Positions 12,262 to 26,050 are shown, numbered from the stretch's first letter. The stretch: DNA of 64,000 nucleotides from Octopus vulgaris (GCA_951406725.2 OX597823.1:113336001-113400000), one strand, 5' to 3'. Translations and numbers: made by a program. The notes: a model not told the origin generated them from the sequence alone.

Positions 12262-12823
12262 TTGGGTTGTCCGGAAAGTTCGTGCCGATTTTTAAAGGAA
12301 AGAAAAAGATCAATAAATACTTGCCATTACATTTTTAATCAAATATGAACCATTTTGTTGCACAATGTGTCTCCATCTTTCCTTTAACTTGAAAATACCC
12401 TCTTCCCAGAATTGAGGTGATTTCATGACAAAGAATTTATCAAGGTATCTTTTTACATCATCCAAAGAAATGAAATTTTTACCATTAAGACTATTCTGCA
12501 GAGACCTGAATAAGTGGAAATCTGAAGAAGCAATATCTGGTGAATATGGAGGGTGGGGTAACACATCCCAGCCGAGCTGCAGCAATTTTTGTCTGATTCC
12601 CAAATCATCAAGTGCCGAAAATGGACTTTCTTATCTTCCATTTTAAAGGGTTACAAAATTAACACAGGCTATAGGAACATAAACCTTCTTCCACGAAAAC
12701 ATAGCTTAAACTGTGCTCTAAATGCGGGTGTAGTCAGGTCCTATTTTATGGACTCAAACATGTTCTAAAATAAGTCGAAAGTTAAGCTACTATAAATCGG
12801 CACGAACTTTCCGGACAACCCAA
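12262..12823 (-). mobile_element. Non-autonomous mariner (internal-deletion derivative) with perfect 30-bp TIRs and TA target duplication
   Basis: TA|ttgggttgtccggaaagttcgtgccgattt ... aaatcggcacgaactttccggacaacccaa|TA. Encodes the transposase start MEDKKVHFRHL joined to the C-terminus LPHPPYSPDIASSDFHLFRSLQNSL..WEEGIFKLKERW (YSPDLAPxD motif). Confidence 0.95.
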
Positions 12824-13515
12824 TATTTAACTTACAAATTAATGATGATATGATAGAAGACTATTATGTAGCATGCGCACTTGATAACGTATGTTACAAC
12901 ATAGAAAATTTAGAATGCATAAATGATCGCGAATCAAGAATGATACATGACTGAATCCAGTTGAAATCCCTCAAGCCAATACATTAACTTCACCTATTAC
13001 TATGATTTACCTGAAAGATTTTCATTTACACAACTGATTTTCATCGATTTAATTATAATTTGATAAGAAAACAGAAAAATAGAAATTACGGGTAAATGGT
13101 CAAAAGATTTCAATTGCTGAAATATAGGGAAAGTTAAGTTTAATCAGCTACTGAGATTAAGACTGCCACAAGGTACATTGGTTGCCTTATACCCGAGTTC
13201 ACTCTGTATCAAGCCAGGTTTTCGGTTGGTGAGAATTTCCTCTCCCCCTCCTAACACACCCACGATAATTTTTAAGTGATGTAGGTACTGTTCTTCTTTC
13301 GTGAAGGAAAAATAAAAATAAAATATTTCGAATTGCAAAATATTCTGACCCTTCTGCTTTCAAAAGCACTGTGTATTTATGGCTTGCCTTAATAACACAA
13401 GGCAATTTATTCCACGCTCAACCGATTCTAATGTGCAGCATATTACCTTGCAGAAGCATAACTTCAAGGCAACAACTATTCAGAGTAGTGTATTGATGAA
13501 CAACTTATTTGACTA

Positions 13516-13517
<2 letters not shown>

Positions 13518-13590
<73 letters not shown>

Positions 13591-13658
13591 CCTATCTATG
13601 TATCTATCTATCTATTTATCTATCTATCAATCTATCTACCTACCTACCTACCTACCTA
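13518..13658. repeat. (TCTA)n/(CCTA)n microsatellite
   Basis: Directly visible. Confidence 0.95.
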
Positions 13659-14209
13659 CATTACTACTTACATAAATAGAACAGAACTGATAGTTAGTAG
13701 TTCTATTCTATTCATCTACATGGAATATACGAGAAAATACTATTAACCACGACAATTATTTCAATATATCTAACATTGATCCCTCACGAGTGGGACGCTA
13801 AACGACTGATTCAAGAGCATCCGTTGGTGCAGATGTGTTTCGTCGGGTGATAAATAGAAAGAACTGGTTAAAATAACGATTCTGCAATATATCTTCTCAT
13901 TTTGTAGAGAGAAAAACAGCAAAACTAAGGAAATATCTTCATTTATACAGAAGATTAAAAAGAACTCAGAGATGCAAAAAAGAAAGGAACACGCAATACA
14001 ACGAGAAAAGTATTAAAAATTACCGTATATATGTAAATGTATGTATGTATGTATGTATGTATGTATGTATGTATGTATGTATGTATGTATGTATGTATCT
14101 ATCTATGTATCTATGTATCTCTCTATCTATGTATCTATCTATGTATCTATCTATGTATCTATATCTATCTATCTATCTATATATATATGTATATATACAT
14201 ACGTGCACA

Positions 14210-14252
<43 letters not shown>

Positions 14253-14355
14253 GTACATGCGCACATACTTACATATATACATACATGCATACATACATAC
14301 ATACATACATACGCACATGCATATATATGCTTATGTTTGTCTATGCTTGAATTTT

Positions 14356-14397
<42 letters not shown>

Positions 14398-15306
14398 AAA
14401 GAAAGACAGAATATGGAGAAAGAAAAAGAGATAAAAAGGAAGGAGGGAGTTAATGAAGGAAGGAAGGAAGGAAATGAAGCTAGTTTGTCAGAAACCTACT
14501 GAAGTATGTTTTCTTTTTTTTTGTTTTCTCTTGATGTAAGAAGTAAAAGCGTGGCTTGTAGGCTACCATCCGAGGCTATATAACTTATTGGAGGCAACGT
14601 TTGATGATGTGTTATATATGCAAAATGTATTAAGAAATGGTCGATATCTAAGAAAATGTATAAAATGCATGTATGTCTGCCAGCATACTGGTTTAACTAA
14701 CTTGAAGATAATAGAAACAACAGCATAGAGGTGAACGTATACGAATCGTCGTTGCTTGGATGCCACCGTATTTAATTAGCTATTTTCATTTTCATTATTC
14801 CAACAGTAAAGAAATCTCTCTCTCACACACACACATGTACACTCACACACACACATATACACTCACACACACACATGCATAAACATGCACACACGTATAT
14901 ACGCATGAATTAACTGAACATTGTTTACGTTGAAAGTGATGTTATTAGGTGAAGAAAAGAGAAAATAGAAAAAAACGTTTCAAGCGATTCGGTATAAGTT
15001 TAGCAGAGTTACTTCCCTTTTAGTCATAGATATTTGAAAAGCAGCCATTTTCGTAATCAGTATTTAGCCGAGAACAGATCTACCAGAAGTGAAATCATCC
15101 GCTTAAACTGGCGTGAGGAGAAAAGTAAAGCAAAAACCACGTTATATTGCACACATCATTCCCATATTAAATAATGATAGGAACACTATTCTGCTTACGT
15201 TAATGTATAACTTTGCACAGGTAACCGAAGCACTTAACTACAATCACCACCACCATCGCCATTGCCAGCACCACTACCATCCAGAACAACAACACTAACA
15301 TCATCG

Positions 15307-15364
<58 letters not shown>

Positions 15365-16749
15365 TCTCGTTATCATCACATCAGTGTCATCATAAATTTA
15401 ACATGTTGTCACGATATTACGATTGCGTTTCGTTTCGGAAAGCACGCACGTTTCTCCCATGTCCTTCTCCCCTCCAACCATTCCTCCTCGCAGTTCTCCT
15501 TTTACTGCACCTTCTTACCGACGTATCTCCTCCGACATCTGCTGCGTTTCTGTCTACATAATCACTATCTCCATTCTCATCTCTACCATCGTTCCCACAA
15601 CCAAGAGTATCACCACTGCCCTCCTCCTTACCAGCTGCCCCAGTACTAACACAACAATCACCGACATTCCCATATTCAAACGCTGCAAGAAAAAAAAACA
15701 AATTAATAATAATACGAAAATAAAATAAAGAATAAATAGATAAAATGATCGAAAAATTAAAAGGAAGCTTGCACGCACATATATATTGATCATGCGCGTA
15801 CACAACCATACTTACAGGTACACTGAACACATATATGTTCTGACAGCCATGTACATACACACAAATCCACGCACATGTGCGCATATATACACACTTCACG
15901 TCTAAAACCATAGCACGCAAAGCAATACACCAGACACACACTGTCGGTTGTATAGTCGCGTATTCACATAAATGCACATCCATATAGGTCCACACACCAA
16001 CAATACACTCACACAGATACGGTAATACACAAACACAAGCAACCTCACAAACACACACATATATACACACGCGAAAATGCATACACATATACCATACACG
16101 CGCAAAACAAACACATACACTCGAGCAGCCTCGTACAGTCGCATACAAACACGCGCACACAAACTATACGCAAGCACAAAACAAAATATCATTCCAGCAC
16201 ACTTGCACGTGATTGGCTATCGATTATGCTGGTGCGCGTATTAGTCTGTCTCATTTAGCTGACACACAAGAGTACTTTCAGAGAACTTCCAAAACTGATG
16301 GAGCTGTGTGTGTCTATAAATATTAGTTGTTTGCACGCAGCTTCATGAATAATTGAATTACTAACCGTTTGTGTTCCGCCTCACAACTACCTCATTCCAC
16401 TAACGACATCATCAGTTCCACAACGCTACTATTAATAAATAATCTCCTAACGACCACTAGCACAGAATATATACATACATACGATGTATATACATACATA
16501 CATACATGTATACATACATACATACATACATACATACATACATGCATACATACATACATACATACATACGTACATGCATAGATACATATATTATATTCTA
16601 TATATACGTACGTCATTCCGGCAACATCTTTTTCGTATAACTACGAAGATAGAGATGGATTTTTATCGTGGAAGAACCAGCATAGAATTGGAGCATAATG
16701 TACTTACATATGTGTATATGTCTGATGTGTATATATATTTATATGTATG

Positions 16750-16804
<55 letters not shown>

Positions 16805-16829
16805 GTATGTATATATATGTATATATATA

Positions 16830-16955
16830 TCGTGGCACACCGTCGGTTACACAACGAGGGTTCTAGTTGATCCGACCAACCTTTACAGCCTGCTCGTGAA
16901 ATGAATGTGCAAGTGGCTGAGCAATCTGTAGACACGTGTACCGTTAACGTGCAGA
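16830..16955 (-). mobile_element. SINE 3' fragment, same family as 60628-60946
   Basis: Shares gcac.ccgtcggt..acgagggtt.tagttgatcc and cctgctcgtgaaat..gacacgtg.acc.ttaacgt with 60640-60760. Confidence 0.7.
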
Positions 16956-17158
16956 GGGTGGTGACGGTAAAAGAAATTTGTCCATATGCTTCACTCTGCT
17001 AAAAGTTTCAGATCTGGAATTTAAGTACAACAGTGGGATTCTTAGATCTAAAAATAATGTGCGCGGTCTCTCAGCTACGGTGGGCTATACGTCGGTAGCC
17101 AACTCTGTGACTGTACCTTTGTCGATGCGCAGGTTATGTATATACGTGTGTGTGTGTG

Positions 17159-17213
<55 letters not shown>

Positions 17214-17385
17214 GACGAGATCGAGAGAGCGAGAGAGGGATTGCCAAATGAATATAGTTGAGAAGGGTCTAACAGTCTATACAAATCAAAGATTATAATT
17301 ATGAATTAAAAATAGAAACAGCACGGAAGTCTGTTTATAGATTCTTTTTACGCTGTATATTTGTTACATTAAGTGAATTTTATAA

Positions 17386-17428
17386 AATATTACCGGTTTC
17401 GATGACTATGTCCATCTTCTTCAACATT
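17386..17428 (-). ncRNA. Degenerate minimal hammerhead-ribozyme-like motif
   Basis: Minus strand: aaugu UGAAGA a gauggacauagucauc GAAA C CG GUA auauu. Stem I (aaugu/auauu), stem II and a palindromic ACCGGU stem III are present; C3 is missing. Confidence 0.5.
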
Positions 17429-17732
17429 AAATATACAAAGACAAAGATTAGAAAAGAAAACGTAGAAAGTAGAAATTAGGGCAGTTTGTTCTCGTATTTT
17501 GTGTGTAGTTAAGAATATGAATGATAGTTTTTCTTAAAGTCTCTTCGTATATAAGTTTCTTTTATTTTATGCAGGGGTTGGAATGGGTTTGAAGAGGTCA
17601 AGTCTCTGAAATTATATTGAGTTCAGCAGCCGATTTATTTCTTACAAAGAATAAGTTCAGGTTTTGTGTGTATGTGTATATATTGTGTTGAATGTCCAAA
17701 TTAAGAATGGATTTAAGAATGGTTACATATAC

Positions 17733-17829
<97 letters not shown>

Positions 17830-17843
17830 GAGTGGGGCAAGTC

Positions 17844-17916
17844 GCCGTGGACGTCTAGTGGTTAGGACCCCCACGTTGTGTCCGTGGTAACCGAGATTCG
17901 AATCCTGGTCACGGCA
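17844..17916 (+). tRNA. tRNA-His(GTG), probably a pseudogene
   Basis: GCCGTGG..GTCTAGTGGTTAGGAC..CCACG TT GTG TC CGTGG TAAC CGAGA TTCGAAT CCTGG TCACGGCA closely resembles metazoan tRNA-His. The T-stem is mispaired (CGAGA/CCTGG) and there is an extra C. Confidence 0.8.
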
Positions 17917-17940
17917 GCCCGTCTGTGTTCTTTAACTTTT

Positions 17941-18000
17941 AAAATGGCGGTGGCCCAGCATGGCCACAGCTCGTGAGCTGAAACTAGATAAAATAAAATA
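17941..18000 (+). mobile_element. SINE/LINE 3' tail fragment
   Basis: ggcggtggcccagcatggccacagc..tgaaactagataaaataaaa matches the reverse complement of the SINE tail at 21895-21940. Confidence 0.55.
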
Positions 18001-18687
18001 TATATATATACACACACACTAATATATATATATATATATATATTTGCATATATAAGCAGAGGGAGAGAGAGAGTGTGAGAGAAAGAAAATGTAACTATAT
18101 GAATAAGTTTCCTTTTCAAATACAGATAATCCTATCGTCGAATTGTGAGCTACAGCAACCTATATATTTCTCAATAGTAGTAAATTCAATATATATTATA
18201 CACAAATTAGATTTAAAATGGATGTACGAGGAAGGAATATTAACAGGAAAATAAAATTCGTTACTCACATTTTGCGTTCTTCATAATATTTTGTAGTTAA
18301 AAGTAAATAGATCTGTCAGATATTTAAAAGTATAACACGTATCACATTTGACAGGAGAAAGCTATAATAATTAAAAAATAAAAACAAGTAACCAAATAAT
18401 TAGAGAAAATAGTAAGGAAATGGAAATAATACACATTGGTATTCATATTTGACAGGAATTCTATTAATCAAAGATGATGGTCAATAAACACTAGAATTCA
18501 GAATCAAATTAATATATTCAACCAAAACGGAAAGTAAGTCAAATATTCAAAACAAAAGACAAAACGCCATTATCGCATAAAAAGGGAAAAACCGGCTCTC
18601 ATATTTACATATGCATGCAGTTCATATGTGTGTGTATACATACACTCTCATACATTTATGTATATGCATATATATATTTATATATAG

Positions 18688-18739
<52 letters not shown>

Positions 18740-19362
18740 GTATATACACATATATATGCGTGTGTGTGTGTATGTATGTATGTATATGGGCGTGTGCGTA
18801 TGTTTTCGTGTGTACATGTATGTGTGCGTTTGCGTGTATGTATACATGTATATATATATATATGTGTGTACGTACATGTGATTTAAATTCGACCTGCTAT
18901 TAGATTCATACTTTGAAAACATGTTGGTCTGACAAGCTTCTGCAGAGTGCTGTGTTTCAAAGTATCGAAGTAGTCTTTCAGACTCAATTATACAATATGG
19001 CGGGTTCGTTTAAACAATGAGAAAAAACGAGAAGAGTCAAAAATTAAGCGGAACGAGAGAAAAGAAAATATCATAATTTACTAGCTTTCTTTGGTCCTTA
19101 CCTGCGTTTTCTGAAAAACAAGCTGGTTTCATTATTGTTTTTAGTTTTAAATGCACGAGCCATGTTGTATATTTAAGTTTAGAAGACCGTCTAGAGATAC
19201 TCAACACGCTATACAACCTGTACAAGCTTGTCAGATCATCGTGAATGCTCAGTAGGTATCTATTAGTGGCCCGAATTTAAATGTATATTAAATGGTTCTT
19301 ATCTCACAATGGATGGAACACTTTTTTGTTCATACGCCTCCAAAAAAGGAACAATGCATTTA

Positions 19363-19417
<55 letters not shown>

Positions 19418-19451
19418 TACATATTTATATGTATATATGTATAAATATACA

Positions 19452-19495
<44 letters not shown>

Positions 19496-19758
19496 TATAT
19501 ATATATATGTATATATATATAAATATCCATTTAAAATGCATACATACATACATATATATATATGTATATATATATTTATATATGTTTAAATATTTGTTGT
19601 GCAAGATTTTTTATGTGAAGTCGTGTGTTGAAACAGATATTGTTATATTTCGGAATGGTCATATTGCCAGTTTAGCCAATAAAAACACACGCACTATATA
19701 TTTGGTGTTATTTTGCTTCAGTGATATTTATTTTTTACATTAATCTTAATCTTATTTC

Positions 19759-19802
19759 GGCCAAAGTTCTTTCGTCACACTCCTGTGACCGCATCAGTGG
19801 CC
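19759..19802 (-). ncRNA. Minimal type-I hammerhead ribozyme motif (A9->C variant, extra G)
   Basis: ggcca CUGAUGC G gucaca-ggag-ugugac GAA AG aa CU U uggcc: 5-bp stem I, 6-bp stem II, 2-bp stem III, CUU site. Confidence 0.7.
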
Positions 19803-19914
19803 TTTGTTTTCTTCTCACTTACTTGTGTCTCTCCTTACTAACCGTCAGCCATTTTGTATACAAAATGGCTGACGGTTAGTAAGGAGAGACACAAGTAAGT
19901 GAGAAGAAAACAAA

Positions 19915-19959
19915 GGACCACTGATGCGGTCACAGGAGTGTGACGAAAGAACTTTGGCC
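19915..19959 (+). ncRNA. Minimal type-I hammerhead ribozyme motif (mirror copy)
   Basis: ggacca CUGAUGC G gucaca-ggag-ugugac GAA AG aa CU U uggcc. Confidence 0.68.
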
Positions 19960-20082
19960 GAAATAAGATTAAGATTAATGTAAAAAATAAATATCACTGA
20001 AGCAAAATAACACCAAATATATAGTGCGTGTGTTTTTATTGGCTAAACTGGCAATATGACCATTCTATTTTAAATATATACA

Positions 20083-20155
<73 letters not shown>

Positions 20156-20187
20156 GCATTTTAAATGGATATTTATATATATATACA

Positions 20188-20337
20188 TAGGTTGTGGATT
20201 TCCACCTCGGCATACGAAACTCAGAGTTTTATGTTGGCTATTGAATAACTGTCACATATTATTTTACAGATAAATTTCCTTTATTTACATATATTGGGGT
20301 CTCTTTCTTTCTTTTGCTATCTTACCGTTTTTACCAA
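20188..20337 (+). mobile_element. Truncated copy of the family at 51081-51283, carrying the 3' half of an HHR-like motif
   Basis: ggttgtggatttccacctcggcatacGAAActcagagttttat.ttggctattgaataa..gataaatttcct..gtctctttc..ttttaccaa aligns to 51081-51283. Confidence 0.65.
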
Positions 20338-20382
20338 CCTCCCCTACTTTCCTTCTCCTGTCTGACCAATCTGTCCGGCACT

Positions 20383-20573
20383 AGTCGCCATGATAGATCG
20401 TTAGCCACTACCCACATTTTTCTCTCTCCTTGTTTTTTCTGTGTCCCTTTCTGTAGAAGAGCGTAGGCTCGAAACGTAAAAGACTTTTTCTATTCCTGAG
20501 CGTTATACTAATACATCTGTTTGTTTTGTACAGCACCTGTCTTCGTCTTTTGTTTCTTTCGTAAACTTTCCCT
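20383..20573 (+). mobile_element. 3' end of the Penelope-like family seen at 57028-58227, with HHR, ending in (TA)n
   Basis: Colinear with 58025-58227 (cgccatg..tcgttagc.act, gaagagcgtaggctcgaaacgt.aaagactt, tcctgagc..atactaatac, cacctg.cttcgtcttttgt). Confidence 0.85.
20447..20482 (+). ncRNA. Minimal HHR motif, CUGUAGA core variant
   Basis: cuuu CUGUAGA A gagc-guag-gcuc GAAAC GUA aaag: stem I cuuu/aaag, palindromic ACGU in place of stem III. Confidence 0.65.
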
Positions 20574-21884
20574 ATATATATATATATATAAATACGCATG
20601 TAAATATGTGTGTGTTTCAGTGTGTATGTATGTATGTGTGCGCGTGTCTGCGTATATATATATAAACATATGTATATAATTTATATGCGTGTGCGTGAGC
20701 GTATATGTATTCATATATTCATAGATAAGTGCGTATGTGCGTGTGTGTGTGTGCGTGTGTGTGTACGAGTATGCAAAAATATATCAGTAGATATGGAAAA
20801 TGGTATTTTTTTGATCATATTATATTGAAATTGAAGGAAATTATTTAAAACCGCACAAAATAGCTTGACAAAGCATAGCTTATGCATGGAAACGTATTCT
20901 TTGCTGCTGACATAGTAAACCTGCCGTATTAAGTGTGCTGTAAACGGGAGATGATTTGGTATCAGGAGCAGGTGAAACATAACAACGCAGAGAAATATAT
21001 ATTATTGTCCGTTGATGCCAGACTAGGTCTGTTGTTTTTCTCCCGTATTCTCAAGAAAGAGGATTTCCTTTCCAAGACAGTTACTGTAGCGAAAATCTTC
21101 CATACTGAAGTGCACATACACACATATATATATACATGTATGTATTTATTACTATATGTGTTTATATGTATGCGTTTGGGTGAGTGTGTCGGTAAGTCTG
21201 TTTGTGTTTACATGTACAGTAAGAGAGCTCGAACAAGATAACAGGAAATCGCACTGAGGGAAACTAGAGAGTTTCTCTTTAAATATCACCAGAATTAAGT
21301 AACAAATCAAAACAGTATCGGAATATTTATACGTCACATACTAATATTTCGACATAGGAATTCTATTTCAGAGTTTGGAAAGAGAATTGGATGCAAATTC
21401 ACGAACAGCGATATTCGTGCCAAAATACTTTTGTAACTGACATTAAAAAATCCGGAAGTTGCGTTAATAGATTTGTCAAGGAAATGGACTGTCAGTGCCA
21501 ATAACGGTATGCTACGAAGGATACCTGGATAAGTTAGTGTGTGTTGGAATGTATATGTTCCGATGTAGAGTATTAGCAGAAACAGATTCTATCTTTGCGT
21601 GGAAACTCCACTATATGATTGAAGAAGCCAAGGATGTATATATAAATTCCTGATGCACGAGAGTTCGAAATTCATAATTTGCTGTCCGTTTAGAAATTAT
21701 AAGTATTATTGTCCTTCGAATACTATATATACTTATAGACATGTATAAGATATAACAGACGGGCATACACATGCAAAAACCAAATATACAGCCGCACAGA
21801 TACATAGATAAATTCACGCACACACACGCATACACACACATGACAACTCGCACACACACATATATGAATTATATATATTCTTTT

Positions 21885-22247
21885 ATTCTTTAATTCTTTT
21901 GCTTCAATCATTTGACAGCGGCCATGCTGGAGCACCGCCTTTAGTCAAACAAATAGACCGCACGACTTATTCTATACTTATTCTATATTTATCTTTTGCC
22001 GAAGCGCTACTTTGAGAGGATGTAAACATACCACCATCGGTTTCAAGCGATAATGGTGGGGGGACAAACAGTACCTACACACACATATACGACGGGCTTC
22101 TTTCAGTTTCTGACTACCAAATCCACTCACAAATCCTTGGTCGAACCAAGGCTATGGTAGAAGGCTCTTCCCAAAGGTGCCACGAAGTAGGACTGAACCC
22201 GAATCATGTGGCTTGGAAGCAAGATTCTTACCACACAGCCTCTCCTG
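21885..22247 (-). mobile_element. tRNA-derived octopus-type SINE, near full length
   Basis: Minus-strand head caggagaggctgtgtggtaagaa..gcttccaa.ccacatgattcgggttcagtcc. Same head at 22535-22680, 58828-58974 and 9333-9365. Tail contains ggcggtgctccagcatggccgc. Confidence 0.8.
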
Positions 22248-22501
22248 TACCCTTGGCCGAATCACAAAGTGACGGTGACGTAAACACACCAACACTGGTT
22301 GCCAAGCCTTGGTGGAGAAGAAACATAGAAACAATATCACACCAACATAAGTATATGCATACATGCATGTATGGATATACATCCATCCATCAATCCATCT
22401 ATCAATCCATCCATTCATTCATCCATCCATCCATCCATCCATCCATCCATCCATCCATCCATACATACATACATACATACATACATACATACATACATAC
22501 A

Positions 22502-22533
<32 letters not shown>

Positions 22534-22534
22534 G

Positions 22535-22680
22535 GGCCGGCTTTTCTGTTTCCGACCACAAAATCCACTCAGAAGGCTTTGGCAGGCTCGAGGCTACAAT
22601 TAACCAAGGTGCCAGGAAGTAGGATTGAACATGGGACCATGTGGTCGAGAAGTAAGCTTCTTATCACACAGCCACGCCTG
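22535..22680 (-). mobile_element. SINE 5' part (family of 21885-22247)
   Basis: accacaaaatccactcagaaggctttgg..gaggcta..ccaaggtgcca..cttatcacacagccacgcctg. Confidence 0.75.
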
Positions 22681-23028
22681 TGCCTATATGTATATATACG
22701 TGTATGCATATAAATTTACGTCCGTATGTTTAATTGTGTATATGTGTAGAAAGATCTATATAGGGAACTTAGAGTTATTTCCTACAACAAGTGCATTTGT
22801 ACTGTGAAATGCGAAACAAATCAGTGTGGAGGAAGATAAAAAAGCTCGTTAATATATAACAAAAGTGTAAAATTAGTTTATCATATTCAGTTTCTGAATG
22901 GATATAACTTCCAAAGGAATGCTTTCGTGAATAATCCAATTTGCTCGAATTCAAATGTCAGCTTGTCCCAAGATATATATATATATATAATTATATACAC
23001 ATATACATATATATACATATACATATAC

Positions 23029-23073
<45 letters not shown>

Positions 23074-23130
23074 CATATATATATATATGTATGTATATAT
23101 ATGTATATATATATATATATATATGTATAA

Positions 23131-23162
<32 letters not shown>

Positions 23163-23203
23163 CACTAATATAATGATATGTATATATTTATATATGTATA
23201 CAT

Positions 23204-23254
<51 letters not shown>

Positions 23255-25439
23255 GAAATACATGCATACCCACATGTATGTCTATATGTCCGTGTGTAAA
23301 TATGTGTGTGTGTGTGTGTACGTATTCATGTGCGTATATAAATTGCTGACTGAGTAGTGAGTCATTCTTTTATTTGATTTGCGTTCTAAAATTCCACGTA
23401 GCCTTCATTTACAGAGAATTGATTTGTACAAAGTTATATCGCGTGTGAAATAATTTCAGTCCTTTTACAGTGTAGATGTGCTTATGTGTTTGTGTATGTG
23501 TGTGTGTGCGTATATATATATATACACATATATAAAATATATAGTATATATATAATATATACGTATATATTTATATATATATATGCAAATTCATATATAC
23601 TACATATATGTGTGAGTAGATGAATATGTTTGCATGTGTGATTGTGTATATGCGTATGTATATATGTATATACTCTGACATATATACACACAAATACGCA
23701 CATATGTATATCTAGCATCTGGGTTTGTTGCACTACAACCTGCCATATATGTTATGAAATACGTTTTCGTATCTATACTTTGTACGTACACACAGTGATG
23801 TATATGTTGATACTCACATATTACACACTAACGCAACCATATTCTTATATGTCTATATGTTTCTATGTCATTCCGTGTTTGCATCTGTGTACAATGCTCT
23901 TAGAAGTAAATATTTTTCACTAGATATGTACATGGCTATGTAGGTATAAGCAGAAATGTTTCACCATAACCAGTAAACATTTAAAATGGTAAATAATCCT
24001 TTCTACTGGTTGTGTGGACGCCCCCAGACGATGAAGTAAACTAGCCCAATACGTAGATATAGAGGGAGAAGTGTAAACGTCGTAGACTAGAGTACGTAGC
24101 AAAATAGCGGTGAGTGTTGAGTAAAAGGCATCCGAAAGTGCGACATAAGACTACTAAAAGCACAAGGTCTTAATATTTTAGGGAGTAGGGCAGTCGGTCA
24201 CATCGAGCCTAGTCTTTCACTAGTAACTAATTTATCGAACTCGAAAGGATAAAAGTCAATAATAACGGCACTAATGTAATCTATCGTGAAAATACTCAAT
24301 AATTGACACATTTTTAACAATTCTTTGAAATATACACATACAAATGGTGAGAAAGAAGGAATGTGAGAAGCTGTATGTGTTCGCTGAAAGTTTTAGAGAT
24401 GGCAGTCGAAGCTCACTGGGAAAAGAGATAGAGACATTGGATAATTATCCGACATGTGCTGTTTATGTAGGAAATATGGTGTGAGAATACTTGCAACGGA
24501 ATTCTTCAATGTCTCCTAAATTCAAAATGATTTCAGGAATAAGCAGCTCCCACCACATCTTCAACAAGAAATTATGATATCTTACTTTGTTAACAGACTA
24601 CGATAATTTTATGAGAGATTGAATTATCCTTTTTTGTACACTACTAACATTTCTTATATCGCTCACTCGAATGAATAAAAAGATACGTCTGGCGATAAGA
24701 TCGTATGTGAGCTAGAACGTTAAAACTTAGCGGTCAAGCACAGCAGAGTTCAAAGTTAATCTGTACCAAGTGGCTTTACTCAGCGTGCTTTAGCTTCGTT
24801 ACTATTGAAATAGTCCGAGTACTTATTGGTCAGATCACGTATATTTAAGGCAATATACTAAGAATCCTCTCTCACAAGCTTCACATATCTACATTGAATT
24901 AGAATATAGATAATATCTATCATATATTGCTGTACAAAGAAACATTTAATTATGCTGTGCACTATTGATATAGCTTTGGGAAAAACTCATAGTAAACTGT
25001 TAAAAGCAAAATGTATACACAAAACTTGGAATGGAAAAATCTTAAAATTTATCTAGCCGAATATAACCAGAAATAGCAGAGAATAAAGGTGGTGTTCAGA
25101 AGAAACAAAAGATCATATCCGCTTCCAAATTCTGTACTTTCAAATAATTTAGGTAATAAAATCATCCCGTTGTAGGGATTGTACGAAATTGCTGTTCCTA
25201 TGGGAGGAAGTTAAGAGGAAATAACTCACGTTTAGTCGGTTTGTGCATCTCAGAGTAATACTTTCAAACGTATAAAAAGAGTCAAATTAAGTATATTCGT
25301 AGAAATTTATTAGCAACGTAAATACAGAAATTTCTTTGCATAATCAATTTTCATACTACTAATTAACATTATGTCGTTATTTTTTCACCTGTTTCAAGCA
25401 AACCGAACATGATACTTGGAGGTAATTAGTCCATCTTAG

Positions 25440-25580
25440 TGTTCTGAGCTCAAATTCCTACGGGCGCGACTTGGCCTTTCATCTTTTCTGGATCGAGTAG
25501 AATAAAGTACCAGTTGAACACTGGATCGACGTATTCAAATAACTCCTCTCGCAAAATTTCAGTTATTGTTCCTTTAGTAA
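25440..25580 (+). mobile_element. SINE fragment (family of 42065-42830)
   Basis: gttctgagctcaaattcc..gacttggcctttcatc..ataaagtaccagttgaacactgg.tcga. Confidence 0.7.
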
Positions 25581-25997
25581 AAGAAATTACTCTTTTTCTG
25601 AAAGGTTAGATCGAGAGTAATAAAGTATTATTGATTTAGATTCTTTTTTTCAAAACGATCACTCGTGTCAAGCAATTCACCGCATATAACAAGGTATTTA
25701 AGAAGTTGAAGGAATAATTACAACGCTTGATATTCGAATTTACTCTTTGGAAATTTGACATGTGTCTTCGACCCGGATGTCCTGAAAGTATGTAAGAAAA
25801 TGGCTAGAAATCAGATGCAACTTTTCATATAATTACACCAATTAAGCCTGAAAATTACTTTAAATATAATCATATCTCTAGATGTAGCATCGGAGTAGAG
25901 CATTGCTCCCTACAACAATATGTTTACTAATACAATATGAGTGCATGTACGAGTTTATATATAGGTATGTGCGTGCGTATGTATGTGTGTATGTACA

Positions 25998-26050
<53 letters not shown>

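Larger units (their letters stand above)
19590..20065. mobile_element. PLE-type terminal fragment forming a ~413-bp spacer-less palindrome (19653-20065) with an HHR in each arm
   Basis: Palindrome centre is ttttgta|tacaaaa at 19858/19859; the arms appear to differ by one inserted base. Flanked by (TA)-rich tracts. Homologous to 53171-53452 and 34664-35130. Confidence 0.8.

Noticed and set aside
15113-15728. His/Ser/Pro-rich ORFs as a host exon
   Set aside because: Derived from (CAC)n/(CAT)n low-complexity sequence; no domain or convincing splice structure.
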